DNA of 64,000 nucleotides from Octopus sinensis (GCF_006345805.1 NC_043012.1:25234001-25298000); one strand, 5' to 3'. Counted from the first letter of the stretch, positions 37,736 to 51,679 are shown. Program-made: numbers and translations. Notes: generated from the letters alone by a model not told the origin.

Positions 37736-38205
37736 TGTGAGTGTGTGAGTGTATGTGTGTGCGTGTGTGTGTGTGTGTTGGTTTGCTTATTTCTCCGTCA
37801 CTTATCACTTCAGCAAACCAGATTGATAAAAATCTATAAGCTTTAAAACGAATAACTATGGCGTCCATTCGTTCAACTAAAAATTGTAATATTTACTGTT
37901 ATTTTTCTCTTTAAACGGAGCGGGACGTTTAAAGTTCGAAACGCACACGAGTTGCCGTAGTGAATATTTCGGAAATAGATGTTACTATCTCCAACTGAAG
38001 ATAGCAAAGCATGTTTTCTCAAGCACTGCATGAAATCAATTGATATTGGGGTATGTAAACTATCTTCAAATTCTATCCTGAATGTAGGTCTATTTTCTGA
38101 GGTGTTCATTGGTTTGCTCGGGTGTGTATTTATCATAGTGTTGGTGGTTTTTGAAACTTTCGCTTTCATCTTTGGCAAGCGGTATGTCTACCCTTCTTAT
38201 ATTCA

Positions 38206-38262
<57 letters not shown>

Positions 38263-38947
38263 AAGGTCGTTAATTTAAAATAAAATAACGATTTTATCAA
38301 ATGGTCAGCATGGAAAAAATAACCTTCAAAGGTAATAATTATTAAAATTATAAATTAGGGTATCTACGAGATACCCCCATGCTGAAAATAGCAGCCATGA
38401 TCTGACTCTTAAGCCACCATAATTGTCCATATATCAACACTGAGAGAAAACAAGGAGACAAAATGAAACTAGTAAAACATTACTGGATAATTCTAGATCC
38501 TGGATTTCTGACTTTGCATTTAGAAATGATTTGCATCGTCAGTAGAATACACAAGGAAGAGAAACATAAATACATACATATATAAATACATCATACGAAT
38601 ACTCACATATGCGAACGTACACATACGTATGCATCGTGGCCAGTTCAAAATGTCTGCCGTTTAATTCCATGAGAGATATGGTCAAAATATCGCCACAGTA
38701 AATACAGTGACGAAATAAATTTAAATCTCTATATATATATATATTATATATATATTATATATATATGTATATGTATATGTATTTATATATGTGTACGCGC
38801 GCATGTGTGTATTCTGTGTAACTTGCTTCCGCGTCACGTAAACACGAGTCAATTTTCAAATTAATTCACACATGTAATAAGTCAAGTAGCATATCTCTCT
38901 AGTATATCTATTTATCTCTCATTCAATCTCTCCTCGCTCTCTTCTCC

Positions 38948-38996
<49 letters not shown>

Positions 38997-39529
38997 ACTC
39001 ACTCCCTTTCTGTCGCTTGCGCTGTGCAAAATATCCAGCAAGAAAGACGGAATTTATATATATCACAAAAAAGAAGCTGATAGATAAATTGGATTCTAGT
39101 TAATCCATCATATTGTGCAAAGGTCAAGGATATTTAGTTGTGTTTACAGCAGCCTGGAAAATCGACTTTTCATCAAATGCATGACACGAGAAACATACGA
39201 AAAGCCGTATGATGTCAGAAAATATATGCTTTTCCGTTTTAGCCATCACTCACCATGTCATTAGTATAGCATACGCACAGACGCATGACGCAGTTCCTGC
39301 AACATCTAGTCGACGTAATTGAGTATGTACATATGTATGTATATATGTATGGGGAAAGGGAAGGAGACAACAGCCAGATAGAAAGCGACACATGCATGCA
39401 TACATACATACATATATGGTGGCTTTCTACTCGTTATTTAGAGTTTGACCACCTCCTGTACCTACAACTTAGAACCATCATGGCATCTGAGGTAGCTCTT
39501 TCAACCATGTATATACATACACGCATATT

Positions 39530-39567
<38 letters not shown>

Positions 39568-39652
39568 GTATATATCTATATATATTATATATATATATAC
39601 TATATATAGATATTATATACATATACATATATAATATATACATATATATATG

Positions 39653-39683
<31 letters not shown>

Positions 39684-39874
39684 ATATTATATAATATATT
39701 AGATAGATAGATAGATAGATACATACATAATACATACATACATACATACATACATACGTACATACATACATACATACAATACATACATGCATATATATAT
39801 GTGTGTGTATATATACATATACATTTGTATGGATATGTATAATTAGTAATATTAGTGTAATAAGGATTTTAGAA

Positions 39875-40035
39875 TTTTTTACTACCAGTGGACTAGCGTA
39901 TACAAAAATTAGTCAATAGACTATATATTATTCATATAAAATACAGTGTACATTTAAACACATTAAGAGGTATCCATCATAGGATTCTCTTACGCTAGAA
40001 GGAACAGCTAAAGTCCAAATCACTAATTAGGGATA
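39875..40035 (+). mobile_element. Diverged single-arm copy of the palindromic MITE-like family
   Basis: ACCAGTGG..TAGC.TATA.AAAAA and CTTACGCTAGAAG are shared with 16075-16210. Confidence 0.5.
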
Positions 40036-40382
40036 AAATCTCGAAGCGAAGGAAAAATAAAAACATCTACCATCTATTTCCTGGACTATGGTTCAGCAAA
40101 TAAAATAGTTTGCTAGGCGAAGTGTTAGTATGTAAATATATTTATAAATACATACACACATATATACATAGACATTTATACATACATACATACATATATA
40201 TATATATATGTGTGTGTGTGTGTTGTATATATATATATATATATAGATATAATATATAATATATATATGTATATATATATGCATATACGCATATACATGT
40301 ATTTATGTATATGTACATATATATACATATATATACATGTATTTATGTATATGTATATATATATATATATAATATATATATA

Positions 40383-40427
<45 letters not shown>

Positions 40428-40464
40428 GATATGTATATCAGTATGGATGGATAAATGGATAGTT

Positions 40465-40776
40465 GGATATATGGTTTAGTGTTTGGCCCACGATCGTAAG
40501 GTCGTGAGTTCAATTCCCGGCGACACGCTGTGTCCTTGAGCAAGACACTTCATTTCACGTTGCTCCAGTTTACTCAGCTGGTAAAAATGAGTTTTAACTG
40601 TATTTTAGTGGGCCAGCCTTATCACATTCTGTGTCACGCTGAATCTCCCTGAGAATTAGGTTCTAGGGAATACGTGTCCGTAGAGTTCTCAGCCACATAC
40701 ACGCTAATTTCACGAGCTGGCTTTTCCGTATAGCGAATCATCTATAACACTCGTCTTCGTAACCGACGGAGTACCT
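40465..40776 (+). mobile_element. SINE family F, full length
   Basis: TGGTTTAGTGTTT...GAGTTCAATTCCC head and AACCGACGGAGT tail. Confidence 0.9.
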
Positions 40777-41171
40777 GTGATGTATCTATATGCATTTGCC
40801 TGTTTCTAGGTTAGGTCATTCACCTTCGTGGATCGTCGGTAACAGTACACTAAGTCACGTATCAATGATATTAACTAGTAAGACCCGTGCATATTTCACG
40901 GAAATAATGGTAAACCTATCGGGTTATTTCTTGAAAACTTTATCCAAAACACCCGAAAGTGTAGCCTGTGTTGTGGCTGCATGGAATGATAGTCGCTCAT
41001 CTGCTACTCATTGAAAAGTGAAGGAACTTGGAATACGATGGTTACTTAATGCATCTCATATATACACTTTTTATATACTTTATGTACTGTTTTATAGACT
41101 TGATACATATCACTCGCCCTTTTCTTCTCTCTCCTTTTTCATTCGTGCTTCGCTTTCCCCTTCATTTTGTT

Positions 41172-41288
41172 TGTTGTTGACACAACGTTTCGGCTGATAT
41201 ACCCTCCAGCCTTCTTCAGGTGTCTTGGGGGAAATTTCGAACCTGGGTTCTCATTCCTAAGATATTGTTCGATGTTATTATTATTATT

Positions 41289-41342
<54 letters not shown>

Positions 41343-41432
41343 GCTATTATTGTTGTTCAGGTCACTGCTTGCAATGGAACTCGGAATCTTGTGGTTAGTA
41401 GCCCGCGCTCTTAACCACTAAGCCATATGCCC
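41172..41432 (-). mobile_element. SINE family C with intact HHR
   Basis: Minus strand reads GGGCATATGGCTTAGTGGTTAAGAGCG...GAGTTCCATT (A/B-box-like), an (AAC/AAT)n tract, then the HHR. Confidence 0.85.
41180..41223 (-). ncRNA. Hammerhead ribozyme motif in SINE C
   Basis: ACAC-CUGAAGA-A-GGCUG-GAGGGUAUAU-CAGCC-GAAAC-GUU-GUGU; stem I extends to GACAC:GUGUC. Confidence 0.8.
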
Positions 41433-41439
41433 ATGTACG

Positions 41440-41511
41440 TCATAGTTAAGAGCACGGGCTACTAACCCCAAGATTCCAAGTTCCATTCCAAGCAGTGATC
41501 TGAACAATAAC

Positions 41512-41570
<59 letters not shown>

Positions 41571-41760
41571 CATCGAAAAATACTTTAGGAATGAGAACCC
41601 AGGTTCGAAATTTCCCCAAGGCACCTGAAGAAGGCTAGAGGGTTTATCAGCCGAAATTAGATTTTGTGTTAACAACAAAGAAGATGAGGGCAAATATCCG
41701 TCTAATGTAAATAATGTAAATAATGTACATAATTCCTCATCTCTTAAATATAGAACTGGA
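41440..41760 (+). mobile_element. SINE family C copy, head-to-head with 41172-41432
   Basis: Mirror image of the left copy; its HHR (41621-41670) keeps CTGAAGA and GAAA but has lost the CGTT of stem III. Confidence 0.85.
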
Positions 41761-41944
41761 AAAAAATAGCAATCATATCTCCATGGAGTCACACTTCATG
41801 CTCTTGGAATAAAAGACAAACCAGATAACACTGGATATTAAAGCTCTGGATGTGCTGTGTATGAGAAAAGGTAGTCGTTGGTTTTGGGATAAAATGTATG
41901 TATCTGCTCAGTCCAGGCTGGTGTGAAGCTAAATAATATATATC

Positions 41945-42650
41945 TGCCATCATCGTCGTCGTCATCACCATCAGCATCATTAGTCTCATCACAACTTTCA
42001 CCACCACCCAACAACAACAATAACAACCATCGTTGTCCTCGTCGTGTTCGCAACAAGCGCCGCCTTCATCATCATCATCATCATCACCATTATCATTATC
42101 ATCACCATCATCATCACCACCACCACCACCACCACCACCACCACCACTTCCATACCACCACCATAATCATCATCATCGTCGTCGTCGCGACAAATGCTGC
42201 CACCATCATGATCATGATCATTATCAACATCTTTGCGCGCCATCACCATCACCATCACCAACAACACGTTCATAATCATCACCACCATCAACACCACCAC
42301 TGCCATCACCATCATCCCACCCCTACCACAACTACAACCACTACCTTCCCACCACCACCACCACAACCATAAATATCATCATAATCGTCGTCGTCGTTAT
42401 CATCAGTATCAGCATCATTATCATCGGTTTTATAAGCGTCTGTTTTATCGTCGTCGACAAAGCGACGATGTCCTTGTCGCCGTTAAACAGCAGAGTGTCC
42501 ATTATTGATATATTTCATATTGCTTATCTTCATATCACCGTCAGATGTAACGCCGTGGGACAAATATAATTTGTCTTTTTGCTATCAGTATAATTAATAT
42601 TTCCTCTTAGAAACCTGAGCGCTTTCCAAAAGTCTGTAAAATAAGCACTT

Positions 42651-42732
<82 letters not shown>

Positions 42733-42909
42733 CAGTAGTTGTAGTAGTAGTAGTTGTAGCAGCCGTAGCAGCAGCAGCAGTAGTAGTAGTAGTAGTATTT
42801 GCAGCAATATTATTAGTGGTGGTGGTGTTAATAGTAATTGTAGTAGTGGTTGTACTAGAGTAGTAGTAGTAGTAGCAGCAGCAGTGGTAGTAGTACTAGT
42901 AGTAGTAAT

Positions 42910-42940
<31 letters not shown>

Positions 42941-43015
42941 TTTGCAGCAATATTAGTAGTGGTGGCGGTGTTAGTAGTAATTGTAGCAGTGGTTGTGGTA
43001 ATAATCCTAATAATA

Positions 43016-43073
<58 letters not shown>

Positions 43074-43191
43074 TAATAATTATTATTATTGTCATTACAA
43101 TTATTATTATTATCATTATTATTATCAATATTATTATTATTAGTAGTAGTAGTAGTAGTAGTAGCAGTATTATTATTATTATTATTATTAT

Positions 43192-43247
<56 letters not shown>

Positions 43248-43250
43248 ATT
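41945..43250. repeat. (CAT/CAC)n and (AGT/AAT/AGC)n compound trinucleotide arrays
   Basis: Read directly (41945-42470 and 42655-43250). Confidence 0.95.
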
Positions 43251-43766
43251 TAAGATTAGATACGAACTTGGCAAGCATATGTCCCTGATGTATTTTGTCC
43301 CCTATATTATGTCTCCCTGACATGGTCTTTTTCTTGTTTTCATCAATAAATAATTAAACACGTACGCTCAGTTAAATGAGGAGGAGGCATATTTGAAAAA
43401 ATAAATAATAAACTCTATTACTACCACGACGAACACTTACTCAGGTGTTGAGAAGGCAACATATAAGAACAGATCAGGTAAAATTCGTTTAAAGGCCTAC
43501 GTAACTGTAGCATGCAGGAGTTTCAACTAATTTGTTATGTTGATCATCAGTAGTTATCGTTCTATCATTCACAAGTTTTGTTTAATAACGTTTTGTGGAC
43601 AGATTGGACAGCGATAAGTACCACAAGCATCCACAAGCAGATATAATCATTTGCTTCATTTAAATGAATAAATGCCTAGGAAGGGGCTGTTGTTATCAAG
43701 ATTACAATTTTCCGGACTATTAACAAAACCCTTAGACTCAGAATATACAAACTTACCATACATTCA

Positions 43767-43847
<81 letters not shown>

Positions 43848-44794
43848 ACATAAATGCATATATGGGTATATGGATATGTGTGCTTGTGAAATATTGATAA
43901 CGTCTGCAAGAGTTTTTGTCTTGGTCGACCTTCAGATGGTTTATTGAGGAAATCCATTGTTAGACGCCTACTAATGCAATGGCCTCGATAAGCGTATTAA
44001 TACATCTTATGTAAAAATGTATTCTCCTTATTCAAATAACAACCAAGACCGTGTGTAATCTTGTGATTAAAACAAATGTTAAATATTACGTAAAACAAAC
44101 AAAAAAAACTGAGCACCTTGTCGGCATCTCCATTCCAATCTTGATTCTTTCTTTTACCTTCTGTGCTCGATTCCCGCTAAGTTGAATATACAGATAAGGT
44201 TGGGCAAGCATCTCCTTATATAGGCATGTAGACATGTACTAGGCAGGATTTTTCTGTGCAAGAACACTGGCTGATGCCCATGCGTGCATGGTTCTGTAAT
44301 TGAAGCCACTGATATTAAATTAAAAAACGCCAGGAGGTCGCAATGCAAACGGCACATTGTATTTTGTTTGGCTACCTAATGCCATCGTCCTCAACCGGAG
44401 CCCATACTGCTCTTCGGAGTTCAGATACGATTTTGTTGTCAACATTTATCTGCAGTAAATTGTTTATACAGTAATTCATCGACTATCGTCGGTGTTACCT
44501 TCCAAAACACCCGTCATAGGTGAAAATCCTCGAAGTAGAAACAGTACTGGACTGCATATATTTTGTTATTATTTTGATACTTTTGTATATATTTAATCAT
44601 AAATGCAAAACGACATCACAGGGGAATCGACGTAGGCTTAAATAATAAACAGCGATATGTGAATCACGATATGTGAGCCGCGATTTGTGAACCAGATATG
44701 TGAGAAACAAAGAAGGAGAATGTGGCGATAACAGAAAGTAGCAACCACACCCTCATCTTAAGCTAGTAATCTATAAATTTAAAAAGAGGTAGGT

Positions 44795-45030
44795 TCCTAC
44801 TCGAGTCATACGGACTCATAAGGACCGGCTTCCTTGCCGTATATATTCCCCGCCTGGACGGGACGCCGATCCGTCGCAGGATTACTCATTTTGGCCAGCT
44901 GAGTGGACTGGAACAACGTGAAATATAGGGTTTTGATAAAAAAATACTACGAATCATCCGGTCTAGGAATCGAAACCACAACCTTATGATCATGAAGTCA
45001 ACACCCTAACCACTATGCCATGCACCTCCA
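44795..45030 (-). mobile_element. tRNA-SINE with shared central domain and a distinct tail (family I)
   Basis: CTCATTTT.GCCAGCTGAGTGGACTGGA.CAACGTGAAAT; the tail CTGGACGGGACGCC also occurs at 53268-53285. Confidence 0.75.
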
Positions 45031-45444
45031 CGCGTATAAGCTATGGAAATCTCTATGAGTACTAAGACGTGAGGAAGCAATATTCAGGGATTGTTGAATG
45101 ATAACTGAATGAAGGACTGAAAGACGGTAATTTGACTTGGATGACATTAATGTCCAGAGCACAAAAATACGAAATAAATACTACCAGGTATTGTATCCCA
45201 CCTCTTAACGACTACACTAATTCCTGTCCTTATCCTCCATAGAGTACAAGGACTTTCGAGTCATTTTCGATGGGTACAGCTTCCATTAACCTATGAAATA
45301 TAAAATGCAAGCGCTTCATCTTCAAACTGCTTCAGGCATTTATTTCTTGGTAGTATTATTGTTGCAGCTGTCACATTCTTAAAGAATCTGGCACAAATAT
45401 TGCAATTCTTGCGTAACACTAACAAATCAATGTGAAGTCGTGTT

Positions 45445-45740
45445 GTTTAGTGGTTGGGATATAAAGTTCACGGCCGTAAAATCGTAAGTTTGGTTCCCGG
45501 CGCCTCGTTGTGACTCTCTTTACACGTTGCCCCAACACACTAAACTGGCAAGAATGAGTTGTACTTGTATTTCAAATGACCAAATTTGTTACGTTCTGTA
45601 TCATGCTGACTTTCCCCGAGAACTATGTCAAGAGTACGCGTGTTTATGAAGTGTTCCGTTTCTTGCCCGTTAATCTCAGGCGGAGGCAGTTCCGTTGCTC
45701 GGATCAACATGTATCCACGTCGTTATAACAGGAGTGCCAG
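45445..45740 (+). mobile_element. SINE family F, diverged
   Basis: Collinear with 40465-40776. Confidence 0.8.
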
Positions 45741-46413
45741 TTTTTTTTTGTTTCTTTTAATCCAATCTTTTCAATAATTTGTTTATTATAATACGCGTAC
45801 ATTCCATTCCCTAGACAAAGCTACCTTTTGAAAGAGACAAATGCAATAACTCGAGGTCATCTGCCCCGCTGGAATTTTTTTTTTATTTCTGCAGAGATTG
45901 CAGTAAACATTAGAATTAAGAATTATAAAGAGTCTGTGAGAATGTTAACGTAACCATATTAGTGGAATAATTGGATGAAACTGTCACCATCCTACAAGTG
46001 ACTGCTTAAACTACTGGAATTCATCTTTAAGACCGGGATTTACTTCAAGCTGTCCACGTCGTTCTTTCATTTACATTTTTCCCCATTTTCTTTCATATTT
46101 CCTATCTTTTTCTCTCTGTCTCTTTCTCTCTCATCTATCTATTTCTATATATCGGCCAATCTCTTTATCTATTTACGCAGAGTCACGAATATTAACCCAT
46201 ATTTTGTTTTGATAGCTTTCAATCTATACTTTTTTCCAACTTCTTTATCTTATCTAGCTCGCCATCTATCTGTATTTCTCTCTACACATAGCACACAAGC
46301 ATATATTTATGGATATACCTGACTGTATTTTGCCTATACATACATACATACATACATACATACATACATACATACACATACATACATACATACATACGTA
46401 CATACACACACAC

Positions 46414-46450
<37 letters not shown>

Positions 46451-47018
46451 CACACACGCATATATATTATATTATATCATATATTAGTAGCTTTACTAAC
46501 AGTAGCTCTTATTGTAAATACTGTGTACATTAAAGTTTCTATACATCACAAATTGTGTTGGTGTATATTCAAATGAAGGTCGTTAACTATAATTATATGT
46601 ATTACACCTAAGAATGCGCGCGCGTGTGAGCGTGTGTATTAACATGTATTTATACACGCATGCGTATGTATTATTTGATTGGTATCTCCATCGTCAGTCA
46701 ACTTCCAAAATGCCTGGAAGTCAAAAGTATCGTGTAAGTGAAAGAAGCAGAAAATAAGCGATACGCCAATTTTCAATACAACAACCTATTTTGCTTTCTG
46801 CAGATCCATATTCTCAAATGAGCTTGCTCTGATATGAATATTTAGTTTCGTATATAAATTTATCACTTCATAAAAAGACTGAAAACACACGACCTTAATT
46901 TTCGTCCACAAACATAGATTTCCAAGTAGAAAATTCTAAGAAGCCGCGTCAGTTACTTTTCGTCTCTCTTCGTAAAACCTAATATGTATGTACATATTTC
47001 GAGTCAAGGTTATAAGTG

Positions 47019-47380
47019 GTGCTCGAATTGGCACTGTTTGCAGCTCGAACCATAGAAAAAGACTCCCCAAATCGTAGTTATAGAATCCATGTGGATGGAA
47101 ATAGGACTGGCTAACTTGTGCTGCGATAGAGTCGTATATTGTAGTATACTGAAGTTAAAATAACGATATTTTGAATGCATTTAGAACAAACGTCTCAAGT
47201 GCTCGAATTGGCACTGTTTGCAGCTCGAACCATAGAAAAAGACTCTCCAAATCGTAGTTATAGAATCCATGTGGATGGAGATAGGACTGGCTAACTTGTG
47301 CTGCGATAGAATCGTATACTGTAGTATAATGAAGTTAAAATAACGATATTTTGAATGCATTTAGAACAAACGTTTCAAGT
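47019..47380. repeat. Two-copy 180-bp tandem duplication
   Basis: 47019-47198 vs 47199-47378, about 6 substitutions. Confidence 0.95.
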
Positions 47381-49072
47381 AATTGCACAGTTGATAAAAA
47401 GGGAATTTCATATCTTAATAAAAATATCTTCTGAGGAACATTTTGCGTAAGAAATTAACTTTCATTTATGTCTGTTCCGCAATTATTTAAAACACAAGTA
47501 AGAATTACAACACCTGACGCATGTCACACCGGTGCATCTGCGCATTCAACGTCAATTTGATGGATTTAGCTAGCTTATGAGTATACAAATATTTGAACGC
47601 TATAAAAAATCACAACTCTGCGGTTGCTCAGCAGGAAATTGCGGAAGCCTGTTCCATCGACGAGAGACTCCATGTAATATGTATGTAAGTATGTATGTAT
47701 GTATATATATATAATATATATATATAATATATATATAATATATATTATAATATATATATATATATATATATAACATAATAACTATATTATATATATATAT
47801 ATATATCTATATATGTATATATATACACACATATATATACATATATGTATATATACATGTATCTATATATATGTATATATATACATGTATCTATATATAT
47901 GTATATATACATACATATATATATATATAATTTGAGGGAATATTATTCCAAACTTACAGGGAAAAACTGAATTTAGAAATACTAAATCAAATTTCCCAAA
48001 TATAATATATATATAAATGAGAAAAAACCCCACCTTTTATCAATTTTTAAATTAAAAAATTAAATTACATCTACAAAATTACATATAATAGAAATATTAA
48101 ATATACGATAAAAATATATATTTTTATAGTAAAAATATTAGTAGTAGTAAAATCACTTCAATATAAATATTGTTACTCATCAGGTTAAAAATAACTACAA
48201 TAATAAACTATTTAATTAATATATATACGTAAATAATCTTTTAAAATATAAATATAATCTTGTTAATATATATATAAGATACAAAATATACATTAAGTGA
48301 AAACTAAATATAACACTTTAAAACTATATACATTAAATCAAGTTATTAATTAATATATTTATTTAATTATCATCAAAATACAGTCTAATACACATTAAGC
48401 AATTAATACTAAAAACCTTAAAATTAATTAATATACACAATGCTAGTACAAGCCATAAATACTGAATCCAAAATAAGAAATGGTTCAAATATAGACACAC
48501 CCATTATATAAACTAACTATATAATTAATATATATATATGTAGTATCTATAAATTTAATATATCACTCAATAATATAGTTGACCAAAATATCAAATGTAT
48601 TGTCTAACAAAATTAATTCTCAAATTAAATTATATGTAATACGTTAAATCCCCTTATAAAAATAATAATAAAGCATTCTAAATAAATAGATATCATAATT
48701 AATACTATCATAACTTGTAACTATCAATATATATATAAATAATAATATATCAACAACATTAATAATAACAATAATAATCAAACCCAATATAATTCAAACG
48801 CCAAATAATATTTATAAGCAAAAACCGTTTCTTAGCTTGTCGATGAAAATAATATAACTGAATATTAAACGTAAAAAATATATAGGTCTTAGTGTTTATA
48901 AAAATTAAACGCGTGCAGTCTTAGTGTAAACAAATAGAATAAATTATCAATAAAAATGAATTTTTTAAAGAATTTTTTACTTCCCTATCGTTAAAGTAAT
49001 ACATCTGTTTGTTGTCTTCACCACCTGTATTCGTCTTTTGTTTTGGTTTTGAATTCTCGCTATATATATATA

Positions 49073-49492
49073 GGCGCAGGAGTGGCTGTGTGGTAAGTAG
49101 GTTGTTTACCAACCACATGGTTCCGGGTTCAGTCCCACTGCGTGGCACCTTGGGCACGTGTCTTCTACTATAGCCTCGGGCCGACCAAATCCTTGTGAGT
49201 GGATTTGGTAGACGGAAACTGAAAGAAGCCCGTCGTATATATGTATATATATATATATATATTATATATATATATGCGTGTGTGTTTGTTTGTGTGTCTG
49301 TGTTTGTCCCCCTAGCATTGCTTGACAACCGATGCTGGTGTGTTTATGTCCCCGTCGCTTAGCGGTTCGGCAAAAGAGACCGATAGAATAAGTACTGGGC
49401 TTACAAAAGAATAAGTCCCGGGGTCGGTTTGCTCGACTAAAGGCGGTGCTCCAGCATGGCCGCAGTCAAATGACTGAAACAAGTAAAAGAGA
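49073..49492 (+). mobile_element. SINE family D, full length
   Basis: GGCGCAGGAGTGGCTGTGTGGTAAG head, CORE-like GGCACCTTGGGCA.GTGTCTT domain, internal TA/TG microsatellite, tail GGCGGTGCTCCAGCATGGCCGCAGTC. Confidence 0.92.
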
Positions 49493-50566
49493 ATATATAT
49501 AATATTATATATAATATAATATTTAAAAAGATTTAAATAACTATCGGACGATTCCAAGGTGGATCTATTAAACGATTATATAAATATCTATCATCTCATC
49601 AGCAACTGATGGTTGAAGAAGCGAGAGACGTGAGAACGGCTAAGAGTCAAAAACTATTGGAAGCTATATTTTTTAGAATATATTGATTCGGAAGATGATT
49701 CTAAATATAGCTATGCACACAATTGAATATGTTTACAATAAACTTGGTTCAATGCCAAAAAGAAAAGAAAGAGGGAAAAGAAGAAGAAACAACGAAACTA
49801 AAACAGAGACAATCTCTGTAAAATCTACCTTGATTGTCTGTTGGTGGGGCACAAATCGTTTAAATAGGAGGTCGAAACAATTGAAAGAAAATTGTCAGCG
49901 TGTTAATAATGGAGGTTAGTGATAAGAAAAAACCAGGAAAATTGAATTAAAATTGTATGAAGAGCTGAGTTAATTTGTGAATCGCCGTCTGTTTACATTA
50001 AATAGTTTTGGGGCTTTTATATATATATATTTTTTTGCTTGCTAGAGGCTTAGGTTGAAAATTGCATACGTATATTAGTTTAAACAATGTAATGTAATCA
50101 CTGAATTACTGGTCGAAGCACACACATATATAATATATATGCCAGCATGTGTGTGTGTGTACGTGTATTATATGTACTGTGTAATTTTCTATATATCTCT
50201 GTGACTCTGTCTCTCTGACTTTGTACACACACACACAAACACACACAGACACACCATTTTATTACTTTTTTACAGGAACAATATTAGATTGTGGCTTCAG
50301 AATTTCGGCTTGCTAAGCCATCATCAGAATGTTACTATCAGTGCTTCTGAATCGAGGACCACATAAACCATGGAGGTCAATATAAGATTTCGTTGTTAAA
50401 GTCCATGTGCAATGAATCGCTCGTACTTCTACAATACACAAAACATTTTAATAATAATGGCCACAGCTCATGAGCTGAAACTAGATAATAATAATAATAA
50501 AATAATAATAATAATACAATTCCTAATAATACTTAATTTTAAGAATACAGTAACAATATAGTGGAA

Positions 50567-50818
50567 GCGCAATTGCCCAGTGGTTAGGGCAGCGGACTCG
50601 GTTCCCAGACCGGGCGATGCGAATATTTATTGAGCAAAAACACCTAAAGCTCCACGAGGCTCCGGCAGGGGATGGTGGCGAACCCTGCGGTATACTTTCT
50701 TCCTGTTTCCGTTGTGCCTGTGGAGTACCAAGCCGTTGTGCCTGTGGAGTACCAAGCCACTTGCACGCTAATTTCACGAGCAGGCTGTTCCGTTGATCAT
50801 AACCGACGGAGTGCCCAG
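50567..50818 (+). mobile_element. Chimeric SINE remnant (different tRNA head joined to a family F tail)
   Basis: GCCCAGTGGTTAGGGCAGCG head, a 24-bp internal duplication, and the F tail GCTAATTTCACGAGCAGGCTGTTCCG. Confidence 0.6.
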
Positions 50819-50905
50819 CATACACACACCCACATACACACACATGTATACACACACACACACACATACACACATATGTATACACACACATACACACACG
50901 CACAT

Positions 50906-50942
<37 letters not shown>

Positions 50943-50948
50943 AAGGCA

Positions 50949-51581
50949 CTACCATCAGCTATAAGAATATGCACAACAACTATAAGAATGCCTCAGCTAA
51001 AGAATACGCACTACAATTACGGCAGCCATTGATGATTTTAAAGCAAACGTTTTCACATGACAACAAATTATTTTACACAATGACAGCAGTAATACGACAT
51101 AAAATCTACAGCTTAATTAATTATCTAAGATTGAAATATATTTCATCAACTAGAAATATATATATATATATGGAGAACCGATTTCAAGGTCAAGTCCCTT
51201 AATCAAATTAAGTCACTTCGCATAATTGGCATATTCACAGATTCAATTCAAGTATAAATATAGAAATCATGTAAGCACATAATACATAAATGTACCTGCA
51301 TTAATATGATTGGCGTAAGCATTCAAATTTTGACGAATCTATGACGAGCTTAGTCGGAAGTAATCCACGGAGCGGGGGTGATCGAGGAAAATAGCATGAA
51401 TCTTTACTGAGTACATATTCTTACAATAGTTTCAAGAAATTGCGGTTTGGAAAGGGCGAATTTTCCATTCATAAAAAATGACTACATTTCTCTCATCAGA
51501 GGTACATTAACGATTTTAAAAGAGTTCAAAATATATAATTTCGAAGCATAAATATGTTTTAAGATAATTTTAAAAGTTTTA

Positions 51582-51622
<41 letters not shown>

Positions 51623-51679
51623 AGAAAGGAAAGTTCTATATACAAGTGGGATAGGTATTTCTTTTTTCCTTATATATAT

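Noticed and set aside
43505-43556. Minus-strand CTGATGA...GTTGAAAC as an HHR
   Set aside because: Stem II would consume G12/A13 and stem I does not pair.
44100-44540. GC-richer unique tract as a coding exon or LINE relic
   Set aside because: Stops in all frames and no recognisable motif.
47019-47380. CRISPR-like array or retrozyme dimer
   Set aside because: Only two long units, no spacers, a eukaryotic context and no HHR core on either strand.
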